NCBI GenBank assembly: GCA_026193675.1
Contig: JAPHSO010000024.1
Coordinates: 1-35,645, forward strand
Source: Gammaproteobacteria bacterium
GTDB taxonomy: Bacteria > Pseudomonadota > Gammaproteobacteria > Thiohalomonadales > Thiohalomonadaceae
DNA: 35,645 nucleotides
Direction of reading: 5' to 3'
In this document: positions 9,338 to 19,965 of the stretch, piece by piece
Numbering within the stretch: the first letter of the stretch is position 1
Layout of the letters: every line of letters begins with the position of its first letter
Made by a program: the position numbers and the translations under genes
The notes under the pieces: generated by a model
Seen by the model: the letters and a program-made list of their open reading frames with translations, nothing else
Databases searched by the model: none
Told to the model about the DNA's origin: nothing

Positions 9338-9943
9338 TCAGTTGGTTAGAAGCGTCTCCAGGAATATTTCGCTTACCAGAACAGGCTGGTCATTGAGTTT
9401 AAATAGTGAACGGCGTCCCCAGTTGATCTCTTCGTGCCCTTCAAAACGATGCAGGATTAAGCTCAATGGGGGAGCTGAGGTGGGCAGTTGGCTCACCTCA
9501 ATGTCGCTGCGTTCCAGGTGGGGATCGGCAAACAGGAATGCCCCCAGAGGTCTATTTTTCAGGTGGCGTAGCCGACGCAGAGGGCCACGTAACGTTGATA
9601 GCGGGATGATGGTACGTGCGACAACCCATGGGGTTTCATCACAAAGTAGCAGCACCTGGCGGATTCGGGCCCAACGGCGCAGCCCCATACCCAGTCGACG
9701 GATCTCGTTGGCCTGGGGCTGGCACACCTCTTCACTCAAAACCTCTACCGAGAAACGACCCCTGCAGCGTTGCTGTAGACGTTTGGTGAGGGAATTTTCG
9801 TCAAATAGCCAGCTATTCCACCGACCTGGAAGCATGTTGTGACGCAATTGGTGGCGGGATCTCCAGCGTTGTCTGGTGGTGACGTTATGGACTCTATTGA
9901 TGGCTGGATTCATAGGGGAGGGATTATAGAGCGCTTTAAGCAC
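9338..9943 (-). CDS. ubiC: chorismate pyruvate-lyase
   Basis: The core resembles UbiC: WLFDENSLTKRLQQ...IRQVLLLCDETPWVVARTIIPLSTL...LGAFLFADPHLERSDIEV. The start is uncertain: the 201-aa ORF begins at 9943, and an alternative ATG sits at 9913. Confidence 0.75.
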   Translation of the reverse strand: MLKALYNPSPMNPAINRVHNVTTRQRWRSRHQLRHNMLPGRWNSWLFDENSLTKRLQQRCRGRFSVEVLSEEVCQPQANEIRRLGMGLRRWARIRQVLLLCDETPWVVARTIIPLSTLRGPLRRLRHLKNRPLGAFLFADPHLERSDIEVSQLPTSAPPLSLILHRFEGHEEINWGRRSLFKLNDQPVLVSEIFLETLLTN

Positions 9944-9963
9944 TACGTCCTATCTGCTGCAAT

Positions 9964-12054
9964 TTAAACGCTCTTGTAATTTTCAGCTTCGCTGCCGAGC
10001 CAACGCTCGATGAGTCGAGCGCTATTTTCGGGCCACAGCTGGATAAACTCATCTGCGAGTGGATTGATCTGCTCAAGCCACTGTTGGTCGCGCATAATAT
10101 CGGCAATTCGGTAGGAGACGATACCGGTCTGTCTGGTACCAAGAATCTCCCCAGGCCCCCTGATCTCCAGGTCGCGTTGGGCGATGACAAAACCGTCGTT
10201 ACTTTCACGCATCACCTCAAGACGATCCTGCCCGTTTGCGCTTAGCGGACCTTTATAGAGCAGTAGGCAGTGACTCTGATCTTTGCCCCTGCCCACCCTG
10301 CCGCGCAGTTGATGGAGCTGGGCCAGGCCAAGACGCTCACTGTTTTCAATAACCATCAGGGTGGCGTTAGGCACATCGACACCCACCTCAATCACTGTGG
10401 TTGCCACCAGCAGTTGGATTAAACCGGCCTTGAACTGGCCCATTACCCGCTCTTTCAGTTCACTCTTCATACGGCCATGAATCAGACCAACCTTCAATTC
10501 TGGTAGTTGCTGTTGTAGCTGCTCATAGGTCAACTCTGCCGCCTGACACTGCAGCTGCTCAGACTCCTCAACGAGTGGGCAGACCCAGTAGCTCTGACGT
10601 CCCTCACTACATGCCGCCCGGATGCGCTCGATCACCTCAATGCGGCGCTCCTCTTTGAGCACCACGGTCTTGATCGGTTGTCGCCCTTTGGGGAGTTCAT
10701 CGATGATGGATAGATCCAGATCGGCATAGGCGGTCATCGCCAGGGTGCGTGGGATCGGTGTGGCGGTCATCACCAGTTGGTGAGCCCTCGCTTCGTTGGC
10801 TTGGTGGCTATCACCTTTCTGCAGCAGAGCAAGGCGCTGATGGACGCCGAAGCGGTGCTGCTCGTCGATAATGGAGAGTCCCAGGCGAGCAAATTCCACA
10901 CCATCCTGAAACAGGGCGTGAGTCCCCACCACCAGTTGTGCCTCGCCCTCTGCTATCTGTCTCAACAGTTCTCGTCGTTCTGCGGCACCCTTTTTTCCGG
11001 TGAGGATCACGGTGTTGATCCCCAGAGGCTCAAGCCAATCGCGGAGGCTCTGGATATGCTGGTTTGCCAATAGCTCGGTGGGGGCCATCACCGCACACTG
11101 AAATCCCGCATTGATGGTCTGCAGAGCGGCAGCGGCGGCAACGACCGTCTTTCCGGAGCCGACATCGCCCTGTATGAGTCGCTGCATGGGGATGTCTCGG
11201 TTCAGGTCGGACTCAATTTCGCTAATCACCCGCTGTTGTGCATCGGTGAGGGTGAAAGGCAGTTGCTGTATAAATCTACCGTGCAGCTCAGGGGCAGGTT
11301 CGATGACAACCGCTGGATTGGTTTGAGCCTGCGCCCTGAGCTGTCGAATGGCGATCTGATGGGCCAGTAACTCTTCAAAGATCAATCGCTTCTGGGCAGG
11401 ATGGCTGCGCTCGATAAGCTGTTCTACCGAGACTTCAGGGCCAGGTTGATGGATCTCCCTTAGCGCCTCGACAAGGGGTGGTAGCGCAAATCGATCGATA
11501 ACCGATGGGGGTAACAGCTCATCAATAACCACGCCACGTTCAAGTAGTTGCAATGCCTGCTGACTAAACTGCCGGAGACGTTGTTGATTGAGTCCCTCGG
11601 TGGTCGGGTAGATTGGGGTCAGGGTCGTTTGTAGCGGCAGCGGCTCATCTTCAGAGATCGGTTGATACTCGGGATGGGCCATCTCAACCCCCGCTTGAGT
11701 GAAACGCACGGCACCGAAACAGCGCACCCATCTGCCGCTGCTCAGGGCGCTCTGTTGCCCCTTGTTGAAGTGAAAAAAACGTAACAGCAGAAAGCCGCTG
11801 CCATCACCAACGGTGACCACGAGTGTGCGGCGTCGCCCAAAGCGGATCTGGCTTGTGAGAATCTCCCCCTCAATCACCACATCTCTTCCCGGAACCAGTT
11901 GCCCGATCGGGGTGATGTGGGTGCGATCCTGATAGCGTAGCGGGAGATGAAACAGCAGGTCGGAAATTTGGGTGATACCGATCCTGGCAAGTTTGGTCGC
12001 AATTGCCGGCCCGACACCCTTAAGCCTGGTGATCTCGGAGATCAATTGCGTCAA
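9964..12054 (-). CDS. recG: ATP-dependent DNA helicase RecG
   Basis: 696 aa. The wedge domain starts LFHLPLRYQDRT. Helicase motifs include GDVGSGKT, DEQHRFGV and TATPIPRT, plus the TRG region QLRGRVGRG. The only available start is TTG at 12054, because an in-frame stop lies 3 codons upstream. Confidence 0.95.
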   Translation of the reverse strand: MTQLISEITRLKGVGPAIATKLARIGITQISDLLFHLPLRYQDRTHITPIGQLVPGRDVVIEGEILTSQIRFGRRRTLVVTVGDGSGFLLLRFFHFNKGQQSALSSGRWVRCFGAVRFTQAGVEMAHPEYQPISEDEPLPLQTTLTPIYPTTEGLNQQRLRQFSQQALQLLERGVVIDELLPPSVIDRFALPPLVEALREIHQPGPEVSVEQLIERSHPAQKRLIFEELLAHQIAIRQLRAQAQTNPAVVIEPAPELHGRFIQQLPFTLTDAQQRVISEIESDLNRDIPMQRLIQGDVGSGKTVVAAAAALQTINAGFQCAVMAPTELLANQHIQSLRDWLEPLGINTVILTGKKGAAERRELLRQIAEGEAQLVVGTHALFQDGVEFARLGLSIIDEQHRFGVHQRLALLQKGDSHQANEARAHQLVMTATPIPRTLAMTAYADLDLSIIDELPKGRQPIKTVVLKEERRIEVIERIRAACSEGRQSYWVCPLVEESEQLQCQAAELTYEQLQQQLPELKVGLIHGRMKSELKERVMGQFKAGLIQLLVATTVIEVGVDVPNATLMVIENSERLGLAQLHQLRGRVGRGKDQSHCLLLYKGPLSANGQDRLEVMRESNDGFVIAQRDLEIRGPGEILGTRQTGIVSYRIADIMRDQQWLEQINPLADEFIQLWPENSARLIERWLGSEAENYKSV

Positions 12055-12104
12055 AAATGTTGGTTAGGAAAAAGGGAGGTGATGGACTTCAAGCTGCCGA
12101 TTGA

Positions 12105-12491
12105 TTAGCCATCAAGCTCCATGACGCCATCCATCTCGACCTCTGCACCTTTGGGGAGTGAGGCGACACCGATTGCTGCGCGAGCGGGATAGGGTTGCTG
12201 GAAATACTCTGCCATCACACTATTTACCAGGGGGAAGTGGCTTAAATCGGTCAGGAATATGTTGAGTTTAGCGATACTGGCGAGGGTGCCGCCGCTTGCT
12301 GCAGCAACCGCAGAGAGGTTATCAAACACGCGTCGGATCTGCGCCTCCATATCGCCTTCAACCAGCTCCATGGTCTCCGGAATTAGTGGAATTTGGCCCG
12401 AAAGGTAGACGGTTGAGCCCACCTTAACCGCCTGCGAATAGGTGCCGATGGCCTGAGGTGCCTTGTCGGTGTGAATAATCTCTCTACTCAT
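12105..12491 (-). CDS. ridA: RidA-family reactive enamine/imine deaminase (YjgF/TdcF)
   Basis: 128 aa containing [25 protein letters not shown]...[19 protein letters not shown]. It lies between spoT and recG, as in Pseudomonas. Confidence 0.9.
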   Translation of the reverse strand: MSREIIHTDKAPQAIGTYSQAVKVGSTVYLSGQIPLIPETMELVEGDMEAQIRRVFDNLSAVAAASGGTLASIAKLNIFLTDLSHFPLVNSVMAEYFQQPYPARAAIGVASLPKGAEVEMDGVMELDG

Positions 12492-12538
12492 CTTCTTCTC
12501 CTCATTGAAATTGATTGTTGGGTGGTTGCCGAATCTGT

Positions 12539-14659
12539 TTATTGTGAACGGTAGATGCGCATCACATCCTTAATGGTGCGTAGACGTTTGATCACCCGTG
12601 CAAGGTGGACCCGGTTCTGAACTGCGATAGTCAGATTAATGGTGGTGTTGATACCGTCTGAGTCATTCAGGGAGATGTTGTCGATGTTGGAGCCCATATC
12701 GGCAACAGCGGCAGCAACGGTGGCGAGAACGCCGCGTTGGTTCTCAACCTCTACACGCAGGTCAACCAGGAAGTCACCCTCGGTATCCTCCTCCCAGTTG
12801 ACCGAGATCCACTTATGGGGGTGCTTCTGGAATTCAGCGACATTCTTGCAGTTTTGAGTATGAACAACGATACCTCGCCCGGCAGTGAGGAATCCAAAGA
12901 TGGGATCTCCCGGAATCGGACGGCAACACTTGGCATATTTGACGACACTCCCTTCGGTTCCCCTAATCGATAGCAGTGATGGGTGATCATCATCTTCATT
13001 CAGTAGAGCCTGATCATCATGCTCCTGGGCAAGACTACGGGCGACAAGTGGTGCAACGCGATTGCCGACACCAATTTCGGCAAAAAGATCGTCGGGAGAT
13101 TTGAGATCGAGCTGTTTTAACAGAGGTTCATAGCGCTCCTCTGAGATCGAACTGAGGGTCCGATCAAGCTTAGCGAGGGCTGATTCAAGTAGGCGCCTGC
13201 CAAGACCGACAGCATCACCGTGTTGCATCGTCTTCAAATGGTTGCGGATATTGGTGCGCGCGCGGGCGGTGGTTACAAAGTTGAGCCATGCCGGATTGGG
13301 CTGGGCATGCTTGTGAGTAATCACCTTCACATTTTGACCATTTCTGAGAATGGTGTGAAGTGGCGCAGGACGACCATCGATGCGTGCGGCGGTGCAGTTA
13401 TCACCAATCTGGGTATGTACTGCATAGGCGAAGTCGATAACGGTCGCGCCACTTGGCAGAGCCATGATCTCCCCCTTGGGAGTGAAGACGTAGACCTCAT
13501 CGGGGAAGAGATCGACCTTGACGCTCTCCAGAAATTCTAGAGAGTTGCCCGCTTTCTGCTGCATCTCCAGTAGGCCATGCAACCACTCTCGGGCGCGGGA
13601 CTCGGCGATGTTGTCACCATTATCATCTCCCGATTTGTAGAGCCAGTGAGAGGCGATGCCCGCCTCAGCAACCCGGTCCATATCACGAGTTCTGATTTGC
13701 ACCTCTATCGGAAAACCATAGCGGCTCTGCATCGCAGTGTGTAGAGATTGGTAACCATTGGCCTTGGGGATGGCGATGTAATCCTTGAACTTACCGGGAA
13801 TCGGTTTGAACAGATTGTGGATGATACCCAGGGTGCGATAGCAGCTATCGACACTATCGACCACAATCCTGAAACCAAAGATGTCGGTGATCTCACTGAA
13901 CGAGAGGTTTTTGTGGCGCATCTTCTGATAGACGCTGTAGAGATGTTTCTCTCGTCCGAACACCTCAGCGATGACGCCATCATGCTCAAGCCGTTTATTG
14001 ATCCGTTTGAGTAGCTTCTCCATCAACTCACGACGATTACCACAGACCTTGCGCATCGCCTCCTTCAGGATGCGGTGACGCAGTGGATGGTAGGCGGCAA
14101 AACCGAGCTCCTCCAGATCGAGACGTACTCGATTGATGCCGAGGCGGAGCGCGATGGGCGCATAGATCTCAAGCGTCTCCGCAGCAATTCGGCGACGCTT
14201 TTCGGGACGCATTACCGTCAAGGTACGCATATTGTGCAGGCGATCGGCCAGCTTAATCAGGATCACCCGGATATCTTTGACCATCGCCAGGATCATCTTG
14301 CGGAAGCTCTCGGCCTGCGCCTCGGCCTTACTGACCGACTGGATATTGGTCAGTTTACTGACACCGTCAACTAGATAGGCCACCTCATCACCAAACTTCT
14401 CGGCGAGCTGATCGCGGGCGGTGGGGGTGTCTTCAATGACATCATGCAGGATTGCTGCGGCGATCGATTTATGATCAAGGCGCATCTCGGCCAGGATCCT
14501 GGCGACGGCAATGGGGTGGTAGATATAGGGTTCACCACTCAGACGACGTTGGCCTTCGTGAGCTTCTGCGCCAAAGAGATAGGCGCGATAGACCTCAGCG
14601 ACCTGATCTTCATCGAGATAGGTCTCCAGGATGGCGCAGAGGTCGCTGATTAAAAACAC
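12539..14659 (-). CDS. spoT: bifunctional (p)ppGpp synthetase/hydrolase SpoT
   Basis: 706 aa with a GTG start. The HD hydrolase motif is HPIAVA...LHDVIEDT. The synthetase domain (YQSLHTA), TGS and C-terminal ACT domains are present. It is downstream of rpoZ, as in the E. coli gmk-rpoZ-spoT order. Confidence 0.93.
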   Translation of the reverse strand: MFLISDLCAILETYLDEDQVAEVYRAYLFGAEAHEGQRRLSGEPYIYHPIAVARILAEMRLDHKSIAAAILHDVIEDTPTARDQLAEKFGDEVAYLVDGVSKLTNIQSVSKAEAQAESFRKMILAMVKDIRVILIKLADRLHNMRTLTVMRPEKRRRIAAETLEIYAPIALRLGINRVRLDLEELGFAAYHPLRHRILKEAMRKVCGNRRELMEKLLKRINKRLEHDGVIAEVFGREKHLYSVYQKMRHKNLSFSEITDIFGFRIVVDSVDSCYRTLGIIHNLFKPIPGKFKDYIAIPKANGYQSLHTAMQSRYGFPIEVQIRTRDMDRVAEAGIASHWLYKSGDDNGDNIAESRAREWLHGLLEMQQKAGNSLEFLESVKVDLFPDEVYVFTPKGEIMALPSGATVIDFAYAVHTQIGDNCTAARIDGRPAPLHTILRNGQNVKVITHKHAQPNPAWLNFVTTARARTNIRNHLKTMQHGDAVGLGRRLLESALAKLDRTLSSISEERYEPLLKQLDLKSPDDLFAEIGVGNRVAPLVARSLAQEHDDQALLNEDDDHPSLLSIRGTEGSVVKYAKCCRPIPGDPIFGFLTAGRGIVVHTQNCKNVAEFQKHPHKWISVNWEEDTEGDFLVDLRVEVENQRGVLATVAAAVADMGSNIDNISLNDSDGINTTINLTIAVQNRVHLARVIKRLRTIKDVMRIYRSQ

Positions 14660-14717
14660 GGGTATGAAAAACAGTCTACGTAAAGTGAGTTACGTCAATA
14701 TCGCTATTTTTGCAGAG

Positions 14718-14744
14718 CTCCGCAAGAACTATTCTCTTGCGGAG
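14718..14744 (-). promoter_or_regulatory. perfect 10-bp inverted repeat (hairpin) in the rpoZ-spoT intergenic region
   Basis: CTCCGCAAGA (14718..14727), a 7-nt loop, then TCTTGCGGAG (14735..14744). On the mRNA strand it is not followed by a U-tract, so it is more likely an attenuator, processing or stabilising element than a full terminator. Confidence 0.4.
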
Positions 14745-14754
14745 TGTGGGAGGG

Positions 14755-15015
14755 TTAAGCGCTCTCTTGAGCAGACTCTTCCTCAGTTGCACTCTCATCA
14801 ATGATCTGAGGCTTGTCTGACTCATTGAGAATATCTTTACTGACCAGACCATCGGCAATTTCACGCAGGGCCATTACGGTCGGTTTATCGTTTTCCCAGT
14901 CAAGCTGTGGATCGCTACCGTTGGCAAGTTGACGTGCGCGTTTGGTGGCAACCATAACGAGCTGGAAGCGGTTGTCCATATGTTCAAGGCAATCTTCTAC
15001 GGTGACGCGAGCCAT
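14755..15015 (-). CDS. rpoZ: DNA-directed RNA polymerase subunit omega
   Basis: 86 aa starting [30 protein letters not shown], the canonical omega N-terminus. Confidence 0.95.
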   Translation of the reverse strand: MARVTVEDCLEHMDNRFQLVMVATKRARQLANGSDPQLDWENDKPTVMALREIADGLVSKDILNESDKPQIIDESATEEESAQESA

Positions 15016-15090
15016 TTGTTACTCCAAAATTACAGATAAAGTATCGGGGGATCCGATCAAGAACCGGCGATTCTAACTAAAAGCTTCGCT

Positions 15091-15714
<624 letters not shown>

Positions 15715-16587
15715 TTACTCTATATTCTGGATCTGCTCACGCATCTGCTCAATCAGTACCTTCAGCTCAACGGAGGCCTGGGTGGTTTCAATATCGGCAG
15801 ACTTTGAGCCGAGGGTGTTGGCTTCACGATTGAGCTCCTGCATCAGGAAGTCGAGCCGTCTGCCGACCGGCTTACTCTGTTCAAGTATCTTGCGGATCTC
15901 ACCGAGATGGGTCTCCAGGCGATCAAGCTCCTCATCGACGTCGAGGCGCTGGGCCAGCATAACCATCTCCTGCTCCAGGCGGTTGCCGTCGGCAGCATCT
16001 GTTTGAGTCATTTCGGCAAGCCGTTTCTCTAACCGATTGCGACTCAACTCGAGGACTTCGGGCAGACGTGTTTTCACATGCTCGATCACCTCCTCCATCG
16101 CACTACAACGCTGCAGGATAATCTGTCTAAGCTTGTCACCTTCGCTCTCACGCATCTCAATCAGATCGGTGATGGCCCCTTCGAGTAGTTCAGTGGCTGT
16201 GGCGAGAATTTGTGCCTCATCTATGGGGGCACTATTGATGACGCCGGGCCATCTGAGTAGATTGAGTGACGAGACCTGAGCCGGTTCATAGAGAATGCCG
16301 TCGATGACTCGAGTCGCCTCGACAATCTGTTTGACCAGGGTCTCGTTAATGGTCAGTTTCTCTTCACGAATTTGTGGTGGTGCATAACGCATGGTGCAGT
16401 CGATCTTGCCTCGGTTGAGGCGTTCTCCCAATAGCGATCTTATTTTGGGTTCGAAAGCTCGCAGCTCATCGGGCAGGCGTGGATTGATCTCCAGATAGCG
16501 GTGGTTCACCGCTCGTAGTTCCAGAGTGATGTCACCAAAAGGAGTGTTGCACTCCTGACGTGAAAATGCAGTCATACTTCTAATCAT
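15715..16587 (-). CDS. yicC: YicC-family protein (stress-induced; YicC-family endoribonuclease)
   Basis: 290 aa starting MIRSMTAFSR, with a C-terminal DUF1732-like region EELDRLETHL...MQELNREANTLGSKS. It is 9 nt upstream of gmk. Confidence 0.9.
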   Translation of the reverse strand: MIRSMTAFSRQECNTPFGDITLELRAVNHRYLEINPRLPDELRAFEPKIRSLLGERLNRGKIDCTMRYAPPQIREEKLTINETLVKQIVEATRVIDGILYEPAQVSSLNLLRWPGVINSAPIDEAQILATATELLEGAITDLIEMRESEGDKLRQIILQRCSAMEEVIEHVKTRLPEVLELSRNRLEKRLAEMTQTDAADGNRLEQEMVMLAQRLDVDEELDRLETHLGEIRKILEQSKPVGRRLDFLMQELNREANTLGSKSADIETTQASVELKVLIEQMREQIQNIE

Positions 16588-16702
16588 GGTTTGAAAACTC
16601 TGCTCAGGTATAATAATTTGGTATGTTAAACCTTATTCTCAATTAGTCCAATTTGGCAGCCCGTTAAGAAGAAATTAACCCCAGAGTCAAAATCACCTCC
16701 CT

Positions 16703-17665
16703 ATGAATGACACCACCGTAAAAGATGCGCTAGCGAACGGATTTAAGATAGATCGCTATACCATTACCAAGAAAATTGGTGGTGGCGGTTTCAGTATTGT
16801 CTATCTGGCCGTTGATAGTGATAGCGGGGTTGAGGTGGTGATCAAGGAGTTTATGCCTCGCAAGCTCGCTTACAGGGCTGCAGATGGTTCCGTTCAGATC
16901 AGAGAAGATGCCAATGGTGATGCCTTCTCCCATGGTCGTCGCCTCTTTTTTCAGGAGGCCAATTTTCTTGCGAATCTAAAGCATCACAACATCGTCAATG
17001 TGATCAACTTCTTCCGGGCCAACGGTACGGTCTATATGGTGATGGACTATCAGCGCGGGGTGACACTTCAGGAGTACATCGCACGGCGTGATGGTGGCTT
17101 GAGTGAAGATCTGATTCAGACGGTGTTTCGACCGCTTCTGGATGGACTGAAGGAGATCCACGAGCGAGGGCTGTTGCACCTGGATCTCAAACCGGGAAAT
17201 ATCTATCTGCGCCCGGGAGCCGATCCGGTGCTGCTCGATTTTGGGGCGGTTCACGAGATGAAACAGACACGCCAATATCAGCCGGGACAGGTGTTGACGC
17301 CAGGATTTTCTCCCTATGAGCAGGCGCAACGTGGTGGTTACGTTGGGCCATGGAGTGATATCTATTCTATGGGGGCGACGATGCGTGCCTGCATCTCCGG
17401 TAGTGCACCGCCACCTGCCGATGAGCGACGCATGGAGGATAAGATGAAACCCGCCGCCAAGGAGTATCGGCGCAAATACTCTCAGGCGCTGCTGCAGGCG
17501 ATCGATTGGGCCATGGAGGTCGATCCGACCTTGCGTCCCCAAAGTGTTGATCAGCTACTGGAGGCGATGGACAAAGATGTGGCTGAAGATGCCCCCAGTT
17601 TTACAGAGTCAGTTTTAGATAAGCTCAATACCAAAATTCAAATGCCCTGGGGCTCCAAGGACTAG
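16703..17665 (+). CDS. Hanks-type Ser/Thr protein kinase, bare cytoplasmic catalytic domain, non-RD (HLD) catalytic loop
   Basis: 320 aa. Motifs are the Gly-rich loop IGGGGFSIVY, VVIKEF (VAIK Lys), QEANFL (alpha-C Glu), HLDLKPGN, DFG, SPYE (APE-like) and DIYSMG. No TM helix or extra domains are evident. Confidence 0.85.
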   Translation: MNDTTVKDALANGFKIDRYTITKKIGGGGFSIVYLAVDSDSGVEVVIKEFMPRKLAYRAADGSVQIREDANGDAFSHGRRLFFQEANFLANLKHHNIVNVINFFRANGTVYMVMDYQRGVTLQEYIARRDGGLSEDLIQTVFRPLLDGLKEIHERGLLHLDLKPGNIYLRPGADPVLLDFGAVHEMKQTRQYQPGQVLTPGFSPYEQAQRGGYVGPWSDIYSMGATMRACISGSAPPPADERRMEDKMKPAAKEYRRKYSQALLQAIDWAMEVDPTLRPQSVDQLLEAMDKDVAEDAPSFTESVLDKLNTKIQMPWGSKD

Positions 17666-17679
17666 GCGGGGATAATTCG

Positions 17680-18564
17680 ATGAAATTCCATATCGCACAG
17701 GCCAATCGCCTCGGAAATCGCAACACCAATCAGGATCGTTTTGAGATCATTGAGAGCGATGGCTCTGCATTAATGGTTTTAGCCGACGGGATGGGGGGCC
17801 GCCCTTATGGTGAATTTGCATCTCAGTTGGTCGTCGATATTGCTCGCCATCTCTATCGTGAGACCGGTGGTTTTATTGAGGATGAGAGAGACTTTCTTGA
17901 ATCGGTAATCAGTAACGCCCACGACTCGATTTTAGAGTTGGCCGAGATAGAGAATATGGAACGTACGCCGGGAACAACCGTGGTACTGGCGCTGCTACAG
18001 GATGACCATGTCTGTTTGGCGCATGTGGGGGACAGCCGTTTCTACCTGTTACGAAATGGTGAGGTGTTGGAGCGTACCAAGGATCATTCGCAGGTTGAGG
18101 AGCTCTATCGAAAAGGAAAAATCACCCAGCGGCAGGTGAGAAATCATCCCAATCTCAATCAGATTACCCGTTGCGTGGGGTGTCAGGATGAGATTCCAGA
18201 GATCGAATTTAGTGACCCGATCCCGTTGGACCGGGGGGATATTGCCCTGCTCTGTTCGGATGGGCTATGGGGATCATTTGAGGATGAAGAGATTGCTGAG
18301 CATATGGGAGTTGAGGAGCTACCTCTCAGTGAGCTGACGCAACGTCTCGCCTCAATGGCTGAGCAGAGCAGCTACCCAAACTCAGATAATGTCAGTGTGA
18401 TTACCCTCAAGATCGATGCGCTTCAGAGAAGCAGAAAACCTGATGAGGTTCGTACAAAAAGTGACAAGCAGGATGGTGGCGGTAAGTTGCCACTCGAGTC
18501 TGCCATTGAACAGCTGCAGCAGGTGATGGCTGAGTACGAAGACGAGATCAAATCGAAGCGCTAA
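17680..18564 (+). CDS. PP2C-family (PPM) Ser/Thr protein phosphatase
   Basis: 294 aa. Motifs are NQDRF, LMVLADGMGG, HVGDSRFYLL, LLCSDGLW and DNVSVITL. It starts 14 nt after the kinase stop. Confidence 0.85.
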   Translation: MKFHIAQANRLGNRNTNQDRFEIIESDGSALMVLADGMGGRPYGEFASQLVVDIARHLYRETGGFIEDERDFLESVISNAHDSILELAEIENMERTPGTTVVLALLQDDHVCLAHVGDSRFYLLRNGEVLERTKDHSQVEELYRKGKITQRQVRNHPNLNQITRCVGCQDEIPEIEFSDPIPLDRGDIALLCSDGLWGSFEDEEIAEHMGVEELPLSELTQRLASMAEQSSYPNSDNVSVITLKIDALQRSRKPDEVRTKSDKQDGGGKLPLESAIEQLQQVMAEYEDEIKSKR

Positions 18565-18615
18565 TCTTTAACTGCTCTTCATTCCCAATACCGATAATTT
18601 TAACCAGGAGATTTT

Positions 18616-19332
18616 ATGCGCCCCAGTGGTCGTCAGCCCGATGAGCTTCGCTCTATCAAAATTACCCGAAATTACACCAAGCATGCCGAGGGTTCAGTAT
18701 TGATTGAGTTTGGCGATACCAAGGTGATCTGTACTGCGACGGTTGAGGAGCGGGTACCCCATTTTATGAAAGGCAAGGGCGAAGGCTGGATCACCGCCGA
18801 GTATGGGATGCTGCCGCGCGCTACCGGGATGCGAACTCGACGCGAGGCCTCAAACGGTAAGCAGGGTGGCCGCACGATGGAGATTCAACGTCTGATCGGT
18901 CGTTCATTGCGGGCTGTCGTTGATCTGAAGGCGCTCGGTGAACGGACAGTTACCGTCGACTGTGATGTGATTCAGGCCGATGGTGGAACCCGCACCGCAT
19001 CGATCACTGGTGGTTTTGTGGCACTGGCTGATGCAGTGAATCATCTGATTGAAAAAAAGCGCATTAAAAAGAGTCCGCTGCATGGTCAGATCGCCTCAAT
19101 CTCAGTGGGTATCTTTGAAGGGAGAGCGGTGCTCGATCTCGACTACGCCGAAGATTCCAATGCCGAAACAGATATGAATGTGGTGATGAATGATGGTGGT
19201 GCCTTTATTGAGGTACAGGGGACCGCTGAGGGACACGCCTTCCGCCGTGATGAACTGGATGCAATGCTTGAGCTTGCTGAAAAGGGAATTGCTGATCTGA
19301 TCTCACACCAGTCTGAAGCCTTGAATCGCTAA
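18616..19332 (+). CDS. rph: ribonuclease PH
   Basis: 238 aa starting [41 protein letters not shown], and containing [17 protein letters not shown] and [18 protein letters not shown]. Confidence 0.95.
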   Translation: MRPSGRQPDELRSIKITRNYTKHAEGSVLIEFGDTKVICTATVEERVPHFMKGKGEGWITAEYGMLPRATGMRTRREASNGKQGGRTMEIQRLIGRSLRAVVDLKALGERTVTVDCDVIQADGGTRTASITGGFVALADAVNHLIEKKRIKKSPLHGQIASISVGIFEGRAVLDLDYAEDSNAETDMNVVMNDGGAFIEVQGTAEGHAFRRDELDAMLELAEKGIADLISHQSEALNR

Positions 19333-19349
19333 TCTCCAGGAGAAAAATT

Positions 19350-19937
19350 ATGCAGAAAATCGTATTGGCCAGTGGCAACAAAGGCAAAGTTCGCGAGATT
19401 AATGAGCTGCTTGCAGGTTCAGATTTTGAGGTGATTCCCCAGACAGAACTGGGTGTTGAGGAGGTCGAGGAGACCGGTCTTACATTTGTAGAGAATGCCA
19501 TTCTTAAGGCGCGTGCTGCTGCTGAGCAGACCGGTCTGCCGGCAATTGCGGATGACTCGGGACTGGAGGTCGATTTTCTCAATGGCGCGCCAGGTATCTA
19601 CTCAGCACGTTATGCCGGGGTGGGCTCTAGTGATCAGGAGAATCTTGAGAAGCTGCTAGAGGCGCTGGATGGGGTCGATGCTTCTCAGCGCTCAGCCCGC
19701 TTTCAATGTCTGATGGTCTTTATGCGGCATGGCAGCGATCCCACCCCGATTATCTGTCAGGGTAGCTGGGAGGGTTCAATCATCACTGCGCCACAGGGTG
19801 AAAATGGTTTTGGTTATGATCCGGTATTCTGGGTGGCAGAACACAACTGTAGCGCTGCGGAACTAAACTCAGATGTGAAGAATGGTATGAGTCATCGCGG
19901 AAAAGCGTTACAGCAGATGAAGCTGGCTCTCAAGTAA
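19350..19937 (+). CDS. rdgB: dITP/XTP pyrophosphatase (non-canonical purine NTPase)
   Basis: 195 aa containing IVLASGNKGKVREI...ETGLTFVENAILKAR...ADDSGLEVD...GFGYDPVF...MSHRGKAL. It is followed by hemW, as in the E. coli yggV-yggW pair. Confidence 0.92.
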   Translation: MQKIVLASGNKGKVREINELLAGSDFEVIPQTELGVEEVEETGLTFVENAILKARAAAEQTGLPAIADDSGLEVDFLNGAPGIYSARYAGVGSSDQENLEKLLEALDGVDASQRSARFQCLMVFMRHGSDPTPIICQGSWEGSIITAPQGENGFGYDPVFWVAEHNCSAAELNSDVKNGMSHRGKALQQMKLALK

Positions 19938-19965
19938 TCTGTCTCAGATTACCGACAGAAATACT

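Noticed and set aside
9261-9842. 193-aa plus-strand ORF
   Set aside because: It is entirely antisense to ubiC, is Arg/Ser/Trp-rich with no recognisable motifs, and has no SD. It looks like a typical shadow ORF of the real minus-strand gene.
16976-17542. 188-aa minus-strand ORF inside the kinase gene
   Set aside because: It lies fully within, and antisense to, a gene with a complete kinase motif set. Its composition is Arg/His/Leu-rich shadow sequence.
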